Of a stretch of DNA of 64,000 nt, positions 53,395 to 63,407 are shown piece by piece. The notes beneath the pieces are model-generated. The model had not been told where the DNA came from and ran no database searches. It worked only from the letters and a program-made list of their open reading frames with translations. Each line of letters opens with the position of its first letter. The first letter of the stretch is position 1. This DNA comes from an uncultured Acidobacteriota bacterium. GTDB taxonomy: Bacteria > Acidobacteriota > Thermoanaerobaculia > UBA5066 > Gp7-AA6. The stretch is from positions 14,827 to 78,826 of the forward strand of contig CAWDSI010000035.1 of the NCBI GenBank assembly GCA_963804915.1, in the 5' to 3' direction. Position numbers and translations under genes: made by a program.

Positions 53395-55662
53395 TTATCG
53401 CGTCGACGGGGCCGGGGACGCGGTCACAGTGCTCGCGGCCACGATGTCGATGCCGGTGTAGTAATGCCTGAGGATCTGCTCGTAGGTCTGGCCCGCCAGG
53501 GCCATGCCGAAAGCGCCGTTCTGGCACATCCCGACGCCGTGCCCCCAGCCGCGGCCCAGGAACACGAAGTCCTTCTCTTCGCCGGTGCCGTCGACCCGGG
53601 TCACGGAAAACAGCATTTCGGGCATCTCCACGGCCTGGCGCACGTCGAAGCGCCGGAACGTCGCCTCGGCCAGGTCCGTCTGGACCCGCATCTCGATCGC
53701 CCGTCCCGTGGGGCTCCGCTGGGTGACGGCGATCTCGCGGACCTCGTTCCCCGCGACCCGCCCGCTCATTCTCCGCGCGAGCTCCCGGGCGCCGACGCGC
53801 CGCACCCACTCCGTCCACGCCGACTCCCGCTCATAGGTCGGACCGTCCGGGTCGAGCTCGACCCAGAACGCGAGCAGGCGTCCGCCGTCCTTGAACCACC
53901 GCACCCGATCGCCGGCGCGCAGCCGCAGACGCGGCGCCGGAAAGAACACGTCGCCGATCCGCCGCGCGAACGGCACCTCCGGATCCACCGGAAGACCGAT
54001 GCGGCCCTCGGGCGCCTTGACCCAGAGGTTCGAGCCCTCGCGCGCGAGAAAGCGGCCGGAACCCTCCGTCACGCCGAGCGTGCGAAGCGCGATCGAGAAC
54101 GCGAGCCCGCCGTACTCCTCTTCCGTGAGCTCGCGGTCCGCCGGCGGAAGCGCGTCGCCGGCGAAGCGGAAGCGCAACAGGAACTCGTAGGCCGCCCGAG
54201 ACGCGCCGGTCAGGCCGCGCGACGCCGACGGGGGCTCGTCGAAGTACGCCTCGTCCCGGGCCGTCAGCTGGATCGTTCGGGCCTCCGTCAGCTCGAAGGC
54301 GCTGATGAGCGACGGATAGACCGCGGAGGGCGTCAGCCGCGGGGGCGGCGCCTCGCGCTTGCGCACTCCCGCAAGCTTCTGCGCGGCCTCCAGGCTCGCC
54401 GCGCGCACGGCGGCCTTCTTCGGGGCGAGACGGCGCAGAACGTAACCCCGCCATTCGAGCGACGTCCGCGGACCGGCGCCGTCGCGCGCCACCGGTGAGC
54501 CGGCGACCTCCTCGGACGCGAGCTCGCCGCACTCGACCGAGACGAGATAGGGCACCGGACCGCCCGAGAAGACGTTCTCCACGTTTTCCGTGACGCCTCC
54601 GCAGGTCGAAACGTAAAGGGCGTCGGCGAAATGGCCGTCGTGCGCGAGAACCAGGCCGCGCGTGCCGTCGACCGCCGCCGTCGAGAGCGGATCCTCCACC
54701 GACGCGCCGCCGTACGCCTGACACTTCGGGCCCGGGCAGATGTCGTAGCCCTCGGCCTCGAACTGCCCGCGGTGGGCCAGGGCGTACGTCCGCGCCGCCA
54801 CGGCCTGCGCTTTCAGAGCCTCGATGGCGTCGAAACGCTTCGGTCCCATCTCGGCGGGCACGACCCCGTAGAGATAGTCCTCGAGGTCGACGCGGTTGAC
54901 GACGTTCAGCGTTCCGCGCGGATTGACGAGGACGCGCAGGCTCCCCCGGTACGGAACGCCGTCCACGGCGACGCGGACTTCCGGAGCGGGACCGTAGAGG
55001 TCCACGGGCGCGGCGAGCGTGAGCGGAGCGCCCCCGGCGCCGGTCACCGTGATCGTGGCGGCGGCCGCGGGAGGAGCCGCACCGGCGGCGGGCTCCGGCG
55101 GGCGAGCCGCACCGGCGACGACGAAACCGTCCTGGCCCCGGGCCTTCAGCTTCTCGAGGAACGCGTCCGCTTCGGCCCGTGTGGGAAAGCTGCCGAGGAG
55201 CACGCGGTACAGCCCCCGGTCCGGCGCGAACGCCACCTGGCCGGCGACGCCCAGCTCGGAGGACAGCCGATCGGCGGCCTTGCGCGCGGGATCCTCCTGA
55301 GAGAAGGCCCCGGCCTGGATCTGGAAGACGGTCTCCGACGCGCCGCCGGCCGGGCCGCTCGCCGGACGAAAGACGACGGGCCCCTGGAGGAGCTCGGCCC
55401 GATCGCCGGACGTCACGATCCAGAGCGTTCCCGCCGATCCGATCGAGACATCGGTCAGGTCGCTCTTGAGGCCGAGACGGTAGAGGACTCCCGAACGCGC
55501 CGGCGTCTCGGGAGGCGCGACGCGCAGGGCGGGGACGGGCACGGGCGCTTCGGCCGCCGACGGCAGGGGCGCCGGGGCCGGGCGCGGGGTCGTGCAGGCC
55601 GTCACCGCCAGCAGGCCGGCGAGAAGTGTCCGCGCCGCGCGCTTGCGGGAGCGCCGTCTCAA
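53395..55662 (-). CDS. SpoIID/LytB domain protein with an internal SPOR domain
   Basis: 755-aa intact ORF with a TTG start overlapping the upstream stop. SPOR-like ..[21 protein letters not shown].. and SpoIID ..[24 protein letters not shown]... C-terminal ..[15 protein letters not shown]... Confidence 0.85.
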   Translation of the reverse strand: MRRRSRKRAARTLLAGLLAVTACTTPRPAPAPLPSAAEAPVPVPALRVAPPETPARSGVLYRLGLKSDLTDVSIGSAGTLWIVTSGDRAELLQGPVVFRPASGPAGGASETVFQIQAGAFSQEDPARKAADRLSSELGVAGQVAFAPDRGLYRVLLGSFPTRAEADAFLEKLKARGQDGFVVAGAARPPEPAAGAAPPAAAATITVTGAGGAPLTLAAPVDLYGPAPEVRVAVDGVPYRGSLRVLVNPRGTLNVVNRVDLEDYLYGVVPAEMGPKRFDAIEALKAQAVAARTYALAHRGQFEAEGYDICPGPKCQAYGGASVEDPLSTAAVDGTRGLVLAHDGHFADALYVSTCGGVTENVENVFSGGPVPYLVSVECGELASEEVAGSPVARDGAGPRTSLEWRGYVLRRLAPKKAAVRAASLEAAQKLAGVRKREAPPPRLTPSAVYPSLISAFELTEARTIQLTARDEAYFDEPPSASRGLTGASRAAYEFLLRFRFAGDALPPADRELTEEEYGGLAFSIALRTLGVTEGSGRFLAREGSNLWVKAPEGRIGLPVDPEVPFARRIGDVFFPAPRLRLRAGDRVRWFKDGGRLLAFWVELDPDGPTYERESAWTEWVRRVGARELARRMSGRVAGNEVREIAVTQRSPTGRAIEMRVQTDLAEATFRRFDVRQAVEMPEMLFSVTRVDGTGEEKDFVFLGRGWGHGVGMCQNGAFGMALAGQTYEQILRHYYTGIDIVAASTVTASPAPSTR

Positions 55663-56399
55663 AACCGGGACCGGATCCGCGTGCCCAGGACGTCCTTGCG
55701 GAAGTCACCGCCCCGCAGAGGAACCAGCAGGCACATCTCGTAGAGGCGGCTGCGCAGGCGATATCCGATCCGGTCCTCGAGCCGCTCGCGTTCGCCCGAC
55801 GCGGGGTCGGGCTCGTCTTCGAAGTTGGAGGTCGCGATCGTGACTTTCTTGCGGTTGTAGCGCGAGTTGAGGAGGCTGTAGAGCACGTCGAGCACCCAGG
55901 CGTGCGGCTTGGACGCGCCGAGCTCGTCGAGCACCAGGATCTCGGCCTCGCCGTAGGGCGTCAGCACCGACTCCTTCGAGAAGTCCGCGTCGGGACGAAA
56001 CGAGGTCTGGATCTTCATGAGGAGATCGGAGAAGTCGACGTACAGGCCGGTCGTTCCCTTCGTCACGACGAGCTCGGAGAGGATGGCGCACGCGAGGTGG
56101 GTCTTGCCCCGGCCCGACGGACCGACCAGCAACAGGCCCGCTTCGACCGCCGGGTACGCGTCGACGAACTCGCGCGCCCGCGCGCGCGCGTGCGTCAGGC
56201 TCACGGTGTTGTCCGAGAAGTTCTCGAGCGTGCAGTCGCGGTAACGCTGAGGAATGCCCGCCGAGTCGAGCCGCGCGCGGGCGATGGTCGCGGCCCGGCA
56301 GACACAGGGGTGCGCGCTCTTCTTCCCGCCGGCCGAGTCGAGGACCCAGCCCGCGCCTCCGCAGACTCCGCAAACTCCGGTTTCGACCGCTTCGACCAC
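55659..56399 (-). CDS. DnaC/IstB-like AAA+ ATPase with an N-terminal Cys-cluster (zinc-ribbon-like)
   Basis: 246 aa from GTG 56399, with AGGAGA 5 nt upstream. CGVCGGAG..HPCVC, Walker A GPSGRGKTHLA, Walker B ILVLDELG. No adjacent transposase. Confidence 0.75.
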   Translation of the reverse strand: MVEAVETGVCGVCGGAGWVLDSAGGKKSAHPCVCRAATIARARLDSAGIPQRYRDCTLENFSDNTVSLTHARARAREFVDAYPAVEAGLLLVGPSGRGKTHLACAILSELVVTKGTTGLYVDFSDLLMKIQTSFRPDADFSKESVLTPYGEAEILVLDELGASKPHAWVLDVLYSLLNSRYNRKKVTIATSNFEDEPDPASGERERLEDRIGYRLRSRLYEMCLLVPLRGGDFRKDVLGTRIRSRF

Positions 56400-56446
56400 G
56401 CTCTCCTCTCGATTCCCTCGGCCCGCGACGCCTTCTCTCGACTTCT

Positions 56447-56926
56447 CTAATTCGTCGGCAAGCCGGCTTCGATCGTGATCCGCCGCCGGCGCGGCCCTTC
56501 GAGGTACTTCTTCAGATCCTCGAGGCTGGACTCCCAGCCCGACTCCGCCTCGCCACGATACTGCACGTAGGCAGGGCCCTGATCCGGCACGTCCTGGGCG
56601 ACGGTCACGAAGCAGCCGCCCTCGCGCTCGGCGATCGTCAGCTCCAGACGGATCCCGGACAGCGGTTCGCCGGCGGCCGGCTCGTAGGAGATCTCTTCGA
56701 CGACGAGCTTGCGGCCGCGCTCGAACTCCGCGATCTTGCCGAGAATCGTCGCCTCCGTCACGCCGCGCGCGTCGGTAAACCCGACCGCCCAGTTGCCGCC
56801 CGGGCGCAGTCCGACGAGTGCGCCTTCGCAGAGCCATGAGAGGAGCTCGGACACGCGCGTGAACGCGTCGAAGACGTCGGTCGCGGTGGCGTGGACTGTC
56901 ACGGAGCGGACGACGGCAAGACCCAC
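56447..56926 (-). CDS. SRPBCC/AHSA1-like family protein
   Basis: 159-aa intact ORF. ..VFDAFTRVSELLSWL.. has the typical START-like fold signature. Tentative. Confidence 0.65.
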   Translation of the reverse strand: MGLAVVRSVTVHATATDVFDAFTRVSELLSWLCEGALVGLRPGGNWAVGFTDARGVTEATILGKIAEFERGRKLVVEEISYEPAAGEPLSGIRLELTIAEREGGCFVTVAQDVPDQGPAYVQYRGEAESGWESSLEDLKKYLEGPRRRRITIEAGLPTN

Positions 56927-56978
56927 GTTCTAATACTAACGCCGGGACGGCGGAGGACTCCCCTTATACTGCGCGGCC

Positions 56979-59021
56979 ATGCTGGCCCCCATCCGAGAGG
57001 CGCTCGCGTCGGCCGTCGCGGCCGCGGCGCGCGACAAGCTCGGCGCCGACGTCGCGGCCGAGCGCATCGTGCTCGAGCGGCCGCCCAGGATCGCGATGGG
57101 AGATCTCGCCAGCCCCGTCGCGTTCGACCTCGCGAAAACGCTCCGGAAAGCGCCGCGCGCGATCGCGGCCGAGCTCGCCGCGGCCGTGACCCTGCCCGCC
57201 GGCGTGCGCGAGGCGAAGGTCGAGGGCGGCGGCTACCTCAATTTCTTCCTCGACCGCGGGCCCCTCGTCCGCGCCCTGCTGTCCGGAGTCGCGTCGCCCG
57301 CGCCGCGCCCGGGAAAGGTCATCGTCGAGCACACCAACATCAATCCCAACAAGGCGGCCCACATCGGTCACCTGCGCAACGCCGTTCTCGGAGACGTCCT
57401 CGTCCGCGTGCTGCGCCGGCTGGGCCATGCCGTCGAGGTCCAGAACTATCTCGACGACACGGGCGTCCAGGTCGCCGACGTCGTGGCGGGCCTTCTGCAC
57501 ATCGAAAAGGTGACCACGCTCGAGGACATGCGCAAGGCCATTCGGGAAAGCCGCTTTCCCGGGGGAACCGCGAGTCCCAAAGGATTCGCATACCTCTGCT
57601 GGGACCTGTACGCCGAAGTCGGGCGGACCTACGCCGCGCGGCCCGAGGCGAAGGCCTGGCAGGCCGATGTGCTGCACGCGATCGAGGCCGGCGGCAACGA
57701 GACGGCCGCGATCGCGGCGGCCGTGGCCGAGGCCGTCTCCTCCGCCCACCTCGCGACCATGGGCCGCCTCGGGATTGCGTACGACCTGCTCCCGCGCGAG
57801 AGCGACATCCTCCACAAGCAGTTCTGGGCCCGGGCGTTCGAGCGACTGAAGGGGTCGGGGGCCTTCCATCTCGAGACCACGGGCAAGCAAGCCGGCTGCT
57901 GGGTCCTCCGCCTCTCGGAGTCGCCCGAGTTCGCGGGGCTCGAGGAGCCCGACAAGATTCTCGTCCGCTCGAACGGTACGGTCACCTACACCGGCAAGGA
58001 CATCGCGTATCAGCTCTGGAAGTTCGGCCTCCTCGACGTCGACTTCGACTACACGCGCTTCCGTCCGGACTGGAATTCCGGGTCCGTCCGGGAGCAGGAC
58101 GTTCCGGAAGCGGTGCGGGCCCATCCTCTCTGGAGGACGGCGCACAAGGACGGCGAGCCCGATGCTCCGTCCTTCGGCGGCGGGAACCGCGTCTACAACG
58201 TGATCGACGTGCGCCAGGCCTACCTGCAGAACGTGGTCCGCGAGGGCCTTCGGGTCCTCGGCTTCACGTCCGAGGCCGACCGCTCGATCCACTTCTCCTA
58301 CGAGATCGTCGCGCTCACGCCGGCGGCGGCGCGAGAGCTCGCCGAGCGTTTCGGCGAGGAGTATCGCCTCTCGCCCGAAGACGAGAAGAAGCCGTACGTC
58401 GAGATGTCCGGCCGAAAGGGCCTGGGCGTGAAGGCGGACGACCTCGTCGAGCTCCTGCTGGAGCGGTCCCGGGCCGAGGTCGCCGCGCGCCGCAGCGGCG
58501 ACGCGGACGCCACGGCCGCGGAAACCGATGCACGCGCCATCGCGATCGGCGCCCTGCGCTACTTTCTCCTGAAGGTCGGCCGGAACAAGGTCATCGCCTT
58601 CGACTTCGACGAGGCCCTCAACTTCGAGGGGGATACCGGCCCCTATCTCCAGTACTCCCTGGTGCGGGCGGACAACATCTTCCGCAAGCTGGCCGAGAGG
58701 GGCCTCGCGGCGAATGTCGACCCGGCCGATCTCTCCGGATCCGACGACGGATGGGATGACGAGCTCTGGGCCATCGTGCTCGACGCCGCGTCGACCCCGG
58801 ACGTCGCCGAACGCGCCGTCGAAACGCTGGAGCTCGCGAGCCTCGCCCGCCACGCGTTCGGCCTGGCCCAGGAGTTCAACCACTTCTACCACCGGCAGCC
58901 GATCGCCCAGGAATCGGATCCCGCGATCCGGAACCGCCGCCTCGCCGCGGCGCGTATTTTTCGAAATGAGATGTCTTCCCTGCTCGGCCTCCTCGGAATC
59001 CCGGAGCCGGGCCGAATGTGA
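56979..59021 (+). CDS. argS: arginine--tRNA ligase (long form)
   Basis: 680-aa intact ORF. HIGH-region ..EHTNINPNKAAHIGHLRNAVLGD.. and a C-terminal DALR-type anticodon-binding helix bundle. Confidence 0.85.
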   Translation: MLAPIREALASAVAAAARDKLGADVAAERIVLERPPRIAMGDLASPVAFDLAKTLRKAPRAIAAELAAAVTLPAGVREAKVEGGGYLNFFLDRGPLVRALLSGVASPAPRPGKVIVEHTNINPNKAAHIGHLRNAVLGDVLVRVLRRLGHAVEVQNYLDDTGVQVADVVAGLLHIEKVTTLEDMRKAIRESRFPGGTASPKGFAYLCWDLYAEVGRTYAARPEAKAWQADVLHAIEAGGNETAAIAAAVAEAVSSAHLATMGRLGIAYDLLPRESDILHKQFWARAFERLKGSGAFHLETTGKQAGCWVLRLSESPEFAGLEEPDKILVRSNGTVTYTGKDIAYQLWKFGLLDVDFDYTRFRPDWNSGSVREQDVPEAVRAHPLWRTAHKDGEPDAPSFGGGNRVYNVIDVRQAYLQNVVREGLRVLGFTSEADRSIHFSYEIVALTPAAARELAERFGEEYRLSPEDEKKPYVEMSGRKGLGVKADDLVELLLERSRAEVAARRSGDADATAAETDARAIAIGALRYFLLKVGRNKVIAFDFDEALNFEGDTGPYLQYSLVRADNIFRKLAERGLAANVDPADLSGSDDGWDDELWAIVLDAASTPDVAERAVETLELASLARHAFGLAQEFNHFYHRQPIAQESDPAIRNRRLAAARIFRNEMSSLLGLLGIPEPGRM

Positions 59022-59104
59022 CCGTGCGAGGCCTCCGGCCCCGCAGGTCATCCCGAGGCGCGGCAGCGCCGAGGGATCCCGCGACATACGGAGAAGAGGT
59101 GACG

Positions 59105-59464
59105 ATGCACAAGGTCAACCTCCTCGAAAAGTTCGGCCTCTTCGACGAGCGGTTCCACCCGAAGATCGTCGGAGACCTGAACGACCATCAGGTCAAGGTC
59201 GTCAAACTCCTCGGCGAGTTCGTGTGGCATCACCACGAGAACGAGGACGAGCTCTTCCTCGTCGTCAAAGGCCGGATGCGCATGGGCCTTCGCGACGGCG
59301 ACGTCGAGCTCTCCGAAGGCGAGCTCTTCATCGTTCCGAAGGGCGTCGAGCACAAGCCCTCGGCCGACGAGGAGTGCTGGATCGTCCTCATCGAGCCCGG
59401 CTCGACGCTCAACACGGGAAACGTCGTCGGCGAGAAAACCGTCGCGGAGCTCGAGAGGATCTAG
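59105..59464 (+). CDS. cupin domain protein
   Basis: 119 aa from ATG 59105, with GGAGAAGAGG upstream. ..WHHHENEDELFLVVKG..VPKGVEHKP... Confidence 0.75.
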   Translation: MHKVNLLEKFGLFDERFHPKIVGDLNDHQVKVVKLLGEFVWHHHENEDELFLVVKGRMRMGLRDGDVELSEGELFIVPKGVEHKPSADEECWIVLIEPGSTLNTGNVVGEKTVAELERI

Positions 59465-59470
59465 CTTCTC

Positions 59471-60343
59471 TTGGCCAACCTCTCGTCGCGGCTCCCGGAC
59501 AACGTCCCCGGCGAATTCTTCGTCGACGCGACGTGCATCGACTGCGACACCTGCCGCCGCGTGGCCCCCGCCGTCTTCGAGGAAGGCGACGGCCACTCGT
59601 TCGTCGGCGCGCAGCCGCGGGGCGTCGAAGAGCGGCGCCGCGCTTTCATGGCCCTCGTGGCCTGCCCGACGGCGTCGATCGGCACGTCTCCCAGGGCCGA
59701 CGCCTCCGAGGGCGCGCGCGCCTTTCCCGAGCCGATCCACGACAACGTGTCTTTCTGCGGCTTCACCTCCGAAAGCTCGTTCGGAGCCTGGAGCTATCTC
59801 ATCGAGCGGCCCGAGGGGAACGTGCTCGTCGACTCTCCCCGCGCGGCGGGCCCTCTGCTGTCCGCGCTCGAGGCGCGTGGCGGCGTCGCGACGATGTTTC
59901 TGACGCACCGGGACGACGTCGCCGACCATGCCGCGTTTCGAAAGCGGTTCGGCTGCGTGCGCGTCCTCCACGAGGACGACGTCACGTCGTCGACGCGCGA
60001 CGTGGAGCGGCGGATCGGCGGGCTCGAGCCCGTTTCGCTCGCGGACGATCTGATCGCCATTCCCACACCCGGCCACACCCGCGGCCACGCGGTCCTGCTG
60101 TACCGCGAGCGCTATCTGTTCAGCGGAGATCACCTCGCCTGGTCCCGCCGGCGCAATCACCTCGTGGCGTTCCGCGACGCCAACTGGTATTCCTGGCCCG
60201 AGACCATCCGCTCGATGGAACGGCTCCTCGACTACTCCTTCGAATGGGTCCTGCCCGGGCACGGCGAGCGCTATCGCGCCGAGTCGCCCACAGCGATGCG
60301 CCGGCAGCTCGAGCGCTGCATCGCGTGGATGAAGGAGCGCTGA
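59471..60343 (+). CDS. ferredoxin-domain / MBL-fold metallo-hydrolase fusion protein
   Basis: 290 aa with a TTG start. N-terminal CIDCDTC..CP cluster motif, then ..FLTHRDDVADH.., ..PGHTRGH.., ..LPGHG... Confidence 0.75.
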   Translation: MANLSSRLPDNVPGEFFVDATCIDCDTCRRVAPAVFEEGDGHSFVGAQPRGVEERRRAFMALVACPTASIGTSPRADASEGARAFPEPIHDNVSFCGFTSESSFGAWSYLIERPEGNVLVDSPRAAGPLLSALEARGGVATMFLTHRDDVADHAAFRKRFGCVRVLHEDDVTSSTRDVERRIGGLEPVSLADDLIAIPTPGHTRGHAVLLYRERYLFSGDHLAWSRRRNHLVAFRDANWYSWPETIRSMERLLDYSFEWVLPGHGERYRAESPTAMRRQLERCIAWMKER

Positions 60344-60359
60344 GAGCCGCGCCGTTCTC

Positions 60360-61370
60360 CTAGGAGTCGGGGCGGAGGACGATGAGTCCCCGGTTCTCCG
60401 GGGCGACGAGCAGGAGCCGTCCCTCCCGCAACCGGGTGAGGGCCTCGCGCACCGCCGGAGTCTTGTCCGCGGGAGACAGGATCACCAGGCAGCCTCCGCC
60501 GCCGGCGCCGCACGCCTTCCCCGCCCAGGCTCCCGCCTTCTCGGCGCTCGCGATCGCGACCTCCAGCGCCGGGGAGGATACGACCGGCGCCAGTCGCCGG
60601 CGGGCAGCCCATTCCCGTCCGAGCGCCGCACCCATCGCTCGAAAGTCCGCCTTGTCGACGGCTTCCGCCATCTCACGCGCGGCGGCGCGAACCTCCTCGA
60701 GGCGGGCGGCCACCTCGTGATCGCCCTCGAGCCGGGCGCGGAAGATCTCCCAGTTGTTCATGCCGGAGGAGTGCACGGCGCGGGTGTCGAAGAGCGTCAG
60801 GTGCCGGAGCCAGACGCCCGGGTCCACGTCGCGGCGGCGGATGGAGACCTCGCCGGGGCGGAACTCGAGCGTGTGGATCCCGCCGGAGAGGGGCGGGTAG
60901 TAGTCCTGGGTGCCGGCAGGCTTGCCGAGCACGCGCGTTTCGACGTCGCGGACGAACTCGACCCGGCCGGGGCCTTCGAACCGGCGATCGACGCTCGCGG
61001 CGAGCGCGGCCGCCATCGCGACGGTCAGGGCCGACGAGCCGCCGAGGCCCGAGCCGAACGGCACGTCGGACGAGAGCTCGATCTCGCGAGGTTCGCGAAT
61101 CGCGAGGCCCTCGAGCACGGCCCCCGCGAGCGCGCCCCGCGGGTCGGCGAGCAGCTCGCCGGGCTCGGCCACGAGCCGCTCATAGCCGAGATCCGGGACC
61201 GTGACGCGGAACCCCGACGCGCCCGGCCGGACGCGGCACCGCGCGCGCAGGTCGATCGCCACGTTGATCGTGCACGAACCGGGATGAAGGACGTGCAGCG
61301 GCCACAAATCCAGCGTGCCGCCCGCCAGGTCGATGCGCGCGGGCGCGCTCGCCTCGAACCATTGAGACAT
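60360..61370 (-). CDS. GHMP-family sugar/small-molecule kinase
   Basis: 336 aa from ATG 61370. ..ARIDLAGGTLD.., motif II PFGSGLGGSSAL, motif III ..GAGGGGC... Confidence 0.8.
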   Translation of the reverse strand: MSQWFEASAPARIDLAGGTLDLWPLHVLHPGSCTINVAIDLRARCRVRPGASGFRVTVPDLGYERLVAEPGELLADPRGALAGAVLEGLAIREPREIELSSDVPFGSGLGGSSALTVAMAAALAASVDRRFEGPGRVEFVRDVETRVLGKPAGTQDYYPPLSGGIHTLEFRPGEVSIRRRDVDPGVWLRHLTLFDTRAVHSSGMNNWEIFRARLEGDHEVAARLEEVRAAAREMAEAVDKADFRAMGAALGREWAARRRLAPVVSSPALEVAIASAEKAGAWAGKACGAGGGGCLVILSPADKTPAVREALTRLREGRLLLVAPENRGLIVLRPDS

Positions 61371-61457
61371 TGGAGGGATTGTACGGGGAAGGCGATGAGC
61401 GGGCCTATTATCAGGGAGCGGATCTCGAGCGGAGCGAGTTCCGCCGCGACTCGGGTT

Positions 61458-61474
61458 GGCCCGCGAAGCGGGCC
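61458..61474 (-). terminator. short GC hairpin downstream of the anti-sigma gene
   Basis: GGCCCGC-gaa-GCGGGCC, 22 nt after the stop at 61496. No U-tract follows, so support is weak. Confidence 0.3.
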
Positions 61475-61495
61475 GCTCAGACGTCCGAGCTCGAG

Positions 61496-62107
61496 CTAGT
61501 AACCGACGCGGGAGGCCTGGAGGAAACCCGATTCCGGAAACGCGACGCCCTCGACGGTCACCGTCTGACCGACCGAGGCATTTGCGAACTCGCGGTCGGT
61601 GGTCATCATCCGCCAGCGCTCGCCGTTGTCGGCGCAGAAGCCGAGCTCGTGCACGGGCTCTTCGAGCGGACACACCGCCTCGGCATGCCGGGCCTCGCAC
61701 TGGAGGCACACGAAAGTTCCCGTCATCTGGCGCGAGACCGGCACGACCCTCGGTCCCGGTCCGCCGATGGCGACCGTGGCGAGGGACAACGCGGCGGTCC
61801 TCGGTCCTCTCTGGTCGGAGACGAGAGGCAGGATGAGGAGGAGGATCGACGCCGCGATCCCGAGCGGCACGTAGCTGGGTCGGATCGGGGCGGTCAGCCG
61901 CGCATACAACCGCTCCCGGAGATCGATCGGCGCCCGGGCGTAGTCGAGCCGGGTCCGGAGGAGCTTGCCCAGGCGGCGGGCCGACTGGCCCCGCGCCGCA
62001 CAGGGGCCGCAGGAGGCCAGGTGACGCTGGAGGGCCTCGGCGTCCTGCCGCGGGATTTCGCGGTCGAGGTGAGCGTAGACGAGGAAACGGGCTGTCGAAC
62101 AGTTCAT
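61496..62107 (-). CDS. zf-HC2 anti-sigma factor with TM helix and a Cys-rich extracytoplasmic domain
   Basis: 203 aa. N-terminal ..C..x..HLASCGPC... TM segment GIAASILLLILPLV. C-terminal ..FVCLQCEARHAEAVCPLEEPVHELGFCADNG... Confidence 0.8.
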   Translation of the reverse strand: MNCSTARFLVYAHLDREIPRQDAEALQRHLASCGPCAARGQSARRLGKLLRTRLDYARAPIDLRERLYARLTAPIRPSYVPLGIAASILLLILPLVSDQRGPRTAALSLATVAIGGPGPRVVPVSRQMTGTFVCLQCEARHAEAVCPLEEPVHELGFCADNGERWRMMTTDREFANASVGQTVTVEGVAFPESGFLQASRVGY

Positions 62108-62108
62108 C

Positions 62109-62140
62109 GGGCCGGGAGGAAAAACGGCCTCCCCCGGCCC
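62109..62140 (-). promoter_or_regulatory. hairpin occluding the anti-sigma translation start
   Basis: The mRNA reads GGGCCGGGGGAGG-ccguuuuu-CCUCCCGGCCC-g-AUG. The 3' arm ends 1 nt before the start codon, and the only SD-like purine run is paired in the 5' arm. Confidence 0.35.
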
Positions 62141-62188
62141 ATTATTCCGGAACCTTTAGGAAGGGGGTCCCGGCCCCGGCCGCCAGCC

Positions 62189-62851
62189 TCAGGCCGGCTG
62201 AGGTTTGGGACGGGTCCGCATCTTGGTCGGCTCGGCCCCCCGGATGTACCCGTGCTTGCGGGCGTACTTGAGGAGCGCCTTTTCGAGCAGCTTCCGCCCG
62301 CGGTAGAGCCGGGACATGACGGTGCCGACGGGGCACTCCAGGATCTCGGCGATCTCCTTGTAGGAGAAGTCCTCGAGGTCCGCCAGGACGACGACCATCC
62401 GGTAGTCGTACGGCAGCGACTCCAGCGCCTTCTTGACGTCGTCGTCGAGGACGCTCGAGAAGAAGTCCGTTTCCGGGTCCGAAGGCGGCTCGGAAGCGTC
62501 GCGCCGGACGATGCGCTCGAAGGAATCCTCGATTTCGGCGAAATCGACGCTGCGCGGCTCGAGCTTGCGCTTGCGGTAGTTGTTGATGAACGTGTTCTTG
62601 AGGATCTTGAAGAGCCAGGCCTTGAGGTTCGTGCCTTCCTCGAACTTGTCGTAGTACTTGTACGCCTTGAAATACGTCTCCTGGACGAGATCCTCGGCGT
62701 CCTCCGCGCTCCGGGTCATCCGGTAGGCGGTGTTGTAGAGGGAGTCCACGAAGGGCATCACCTGGGAATTGAAATCCCACATCGAGACAGCCTTCGGGGT
62801 GCCCGTACCTTCCCCGAGGCTCGGAGCTTCCTGCACGTTTACCTTCGCCAT
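62189..62851 (-). CDS. ECF (group IV) sigma-70 factor
   Basis: 220 aa from ATG 62851. Region 2 ..[35 protein letters not shown].. and region 4 ..[26 protein letters not shown]... Confidence 0.9.
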   Translation of the reverse strand: MAKVNVQEAPSLGEGTGTPKAVSMWDFNSQVMPFVDSLYNTAYRMTRSAEDAEDLVQETYFKAYKYYDKFEEGTNLKAWLFKILKNTFINNYRKRKLEPRSVDFAEIEDSFERIVRRDASEPPSDPETDFFSSVLDDDVKKALESLPYDYRMVVVLADLEDFSYKEIAEILECPVGTVMSRLYRGRKLLEKALLKYARKHGYIRGAEPTKMRTRPKPQPA

Positions 62852-63047
62852 GCTTTCTAGGAATCGCAAAATCAGTGCCCGACCGATTACAGCGGCATCC
62901 ACCGCCGACCGGACCGGGCTAACCTCCGTTCTTTCTACGGTCTAGCTCGCCCTGCCGTTTGGGATCCTCACCAAAAATACGTCGAAAGGGCCGTCCGGGT
63001 TTCTTCCCGGGGGGTCAGCCTGTCTTCGGGAGAGGACAAAGAGCCGT

Positions 63048-63072
63048 CCGGGGGGCCCTTTCGAGCCCCCGG
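63048..63072 (-). terminator. GC-rich hairpin 16 nt downstream of atpE
   Basis: The minus strand reads CCGGGGGC-ucgaaagg-GCCCCCCGG, followed by a short ..CUCUUUG.. segment. Confidence 0.4.
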
Positions 63073-63088
63073 AAGCCTCAATTTCGTC

Positions 63089-63407
63089 CTACTTGTTGTA
63101 GATGAGGAAGCAGATCAGAAGCGCGTACAGGACCAGGGATTCGATCAGGACCAGTCCGAGGAGCGTCATTCCGCGGATGTCCTTGGCCGCCCCGGGGTTG
63201 CGGGACATGCCCTCGGCCGCCGCCGAGGTCGCCTTTCCCTGGGCCGTGGCTCCGGCCGCCGCCGCGAGCCCGAGCAGAACGGCGGCGCCGATCACGCCCC
63301 ACTTGACCCCCGCCGAGGCCCCGCCGGCCGCCGCCGGTCTCCTGGGCGAGCGCGGGCATGGACACCACCAGGGCCAGCGCACACAACACAAGCGTCTTCT
63401 TCAGCAT
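63089..63407 (-). pseudogene. atpE: F0F1 ATP synthase subunit c with an N-terminal signal-like extension, one +1 frame break near 63323-63342
   Basis: MLKKTLVLCALALVVSMPALAQET (frame of ORF 63078..63407) joins ..AAAGGASAGVKWGVIGAAVLLGLAAAAGATAQGKATSAAAEGMSRNPGAAKDIRGMTLLGLVLIESLVLYALLICFLIYNK* (ORF 63089..63391). GGAGAG lies 7 nt before the ATG. 319 nt = 106 codons + 1. Confidence 0.85.

Noticed and set aside
55659-56399. The IstB-like ATPase as part of an IS21-family insertion sequence.
   Set aside because: There is no IstA transposase and no terminal inverted repeats. Start and stop are tightly coupled to the flanking housekeeping genes.
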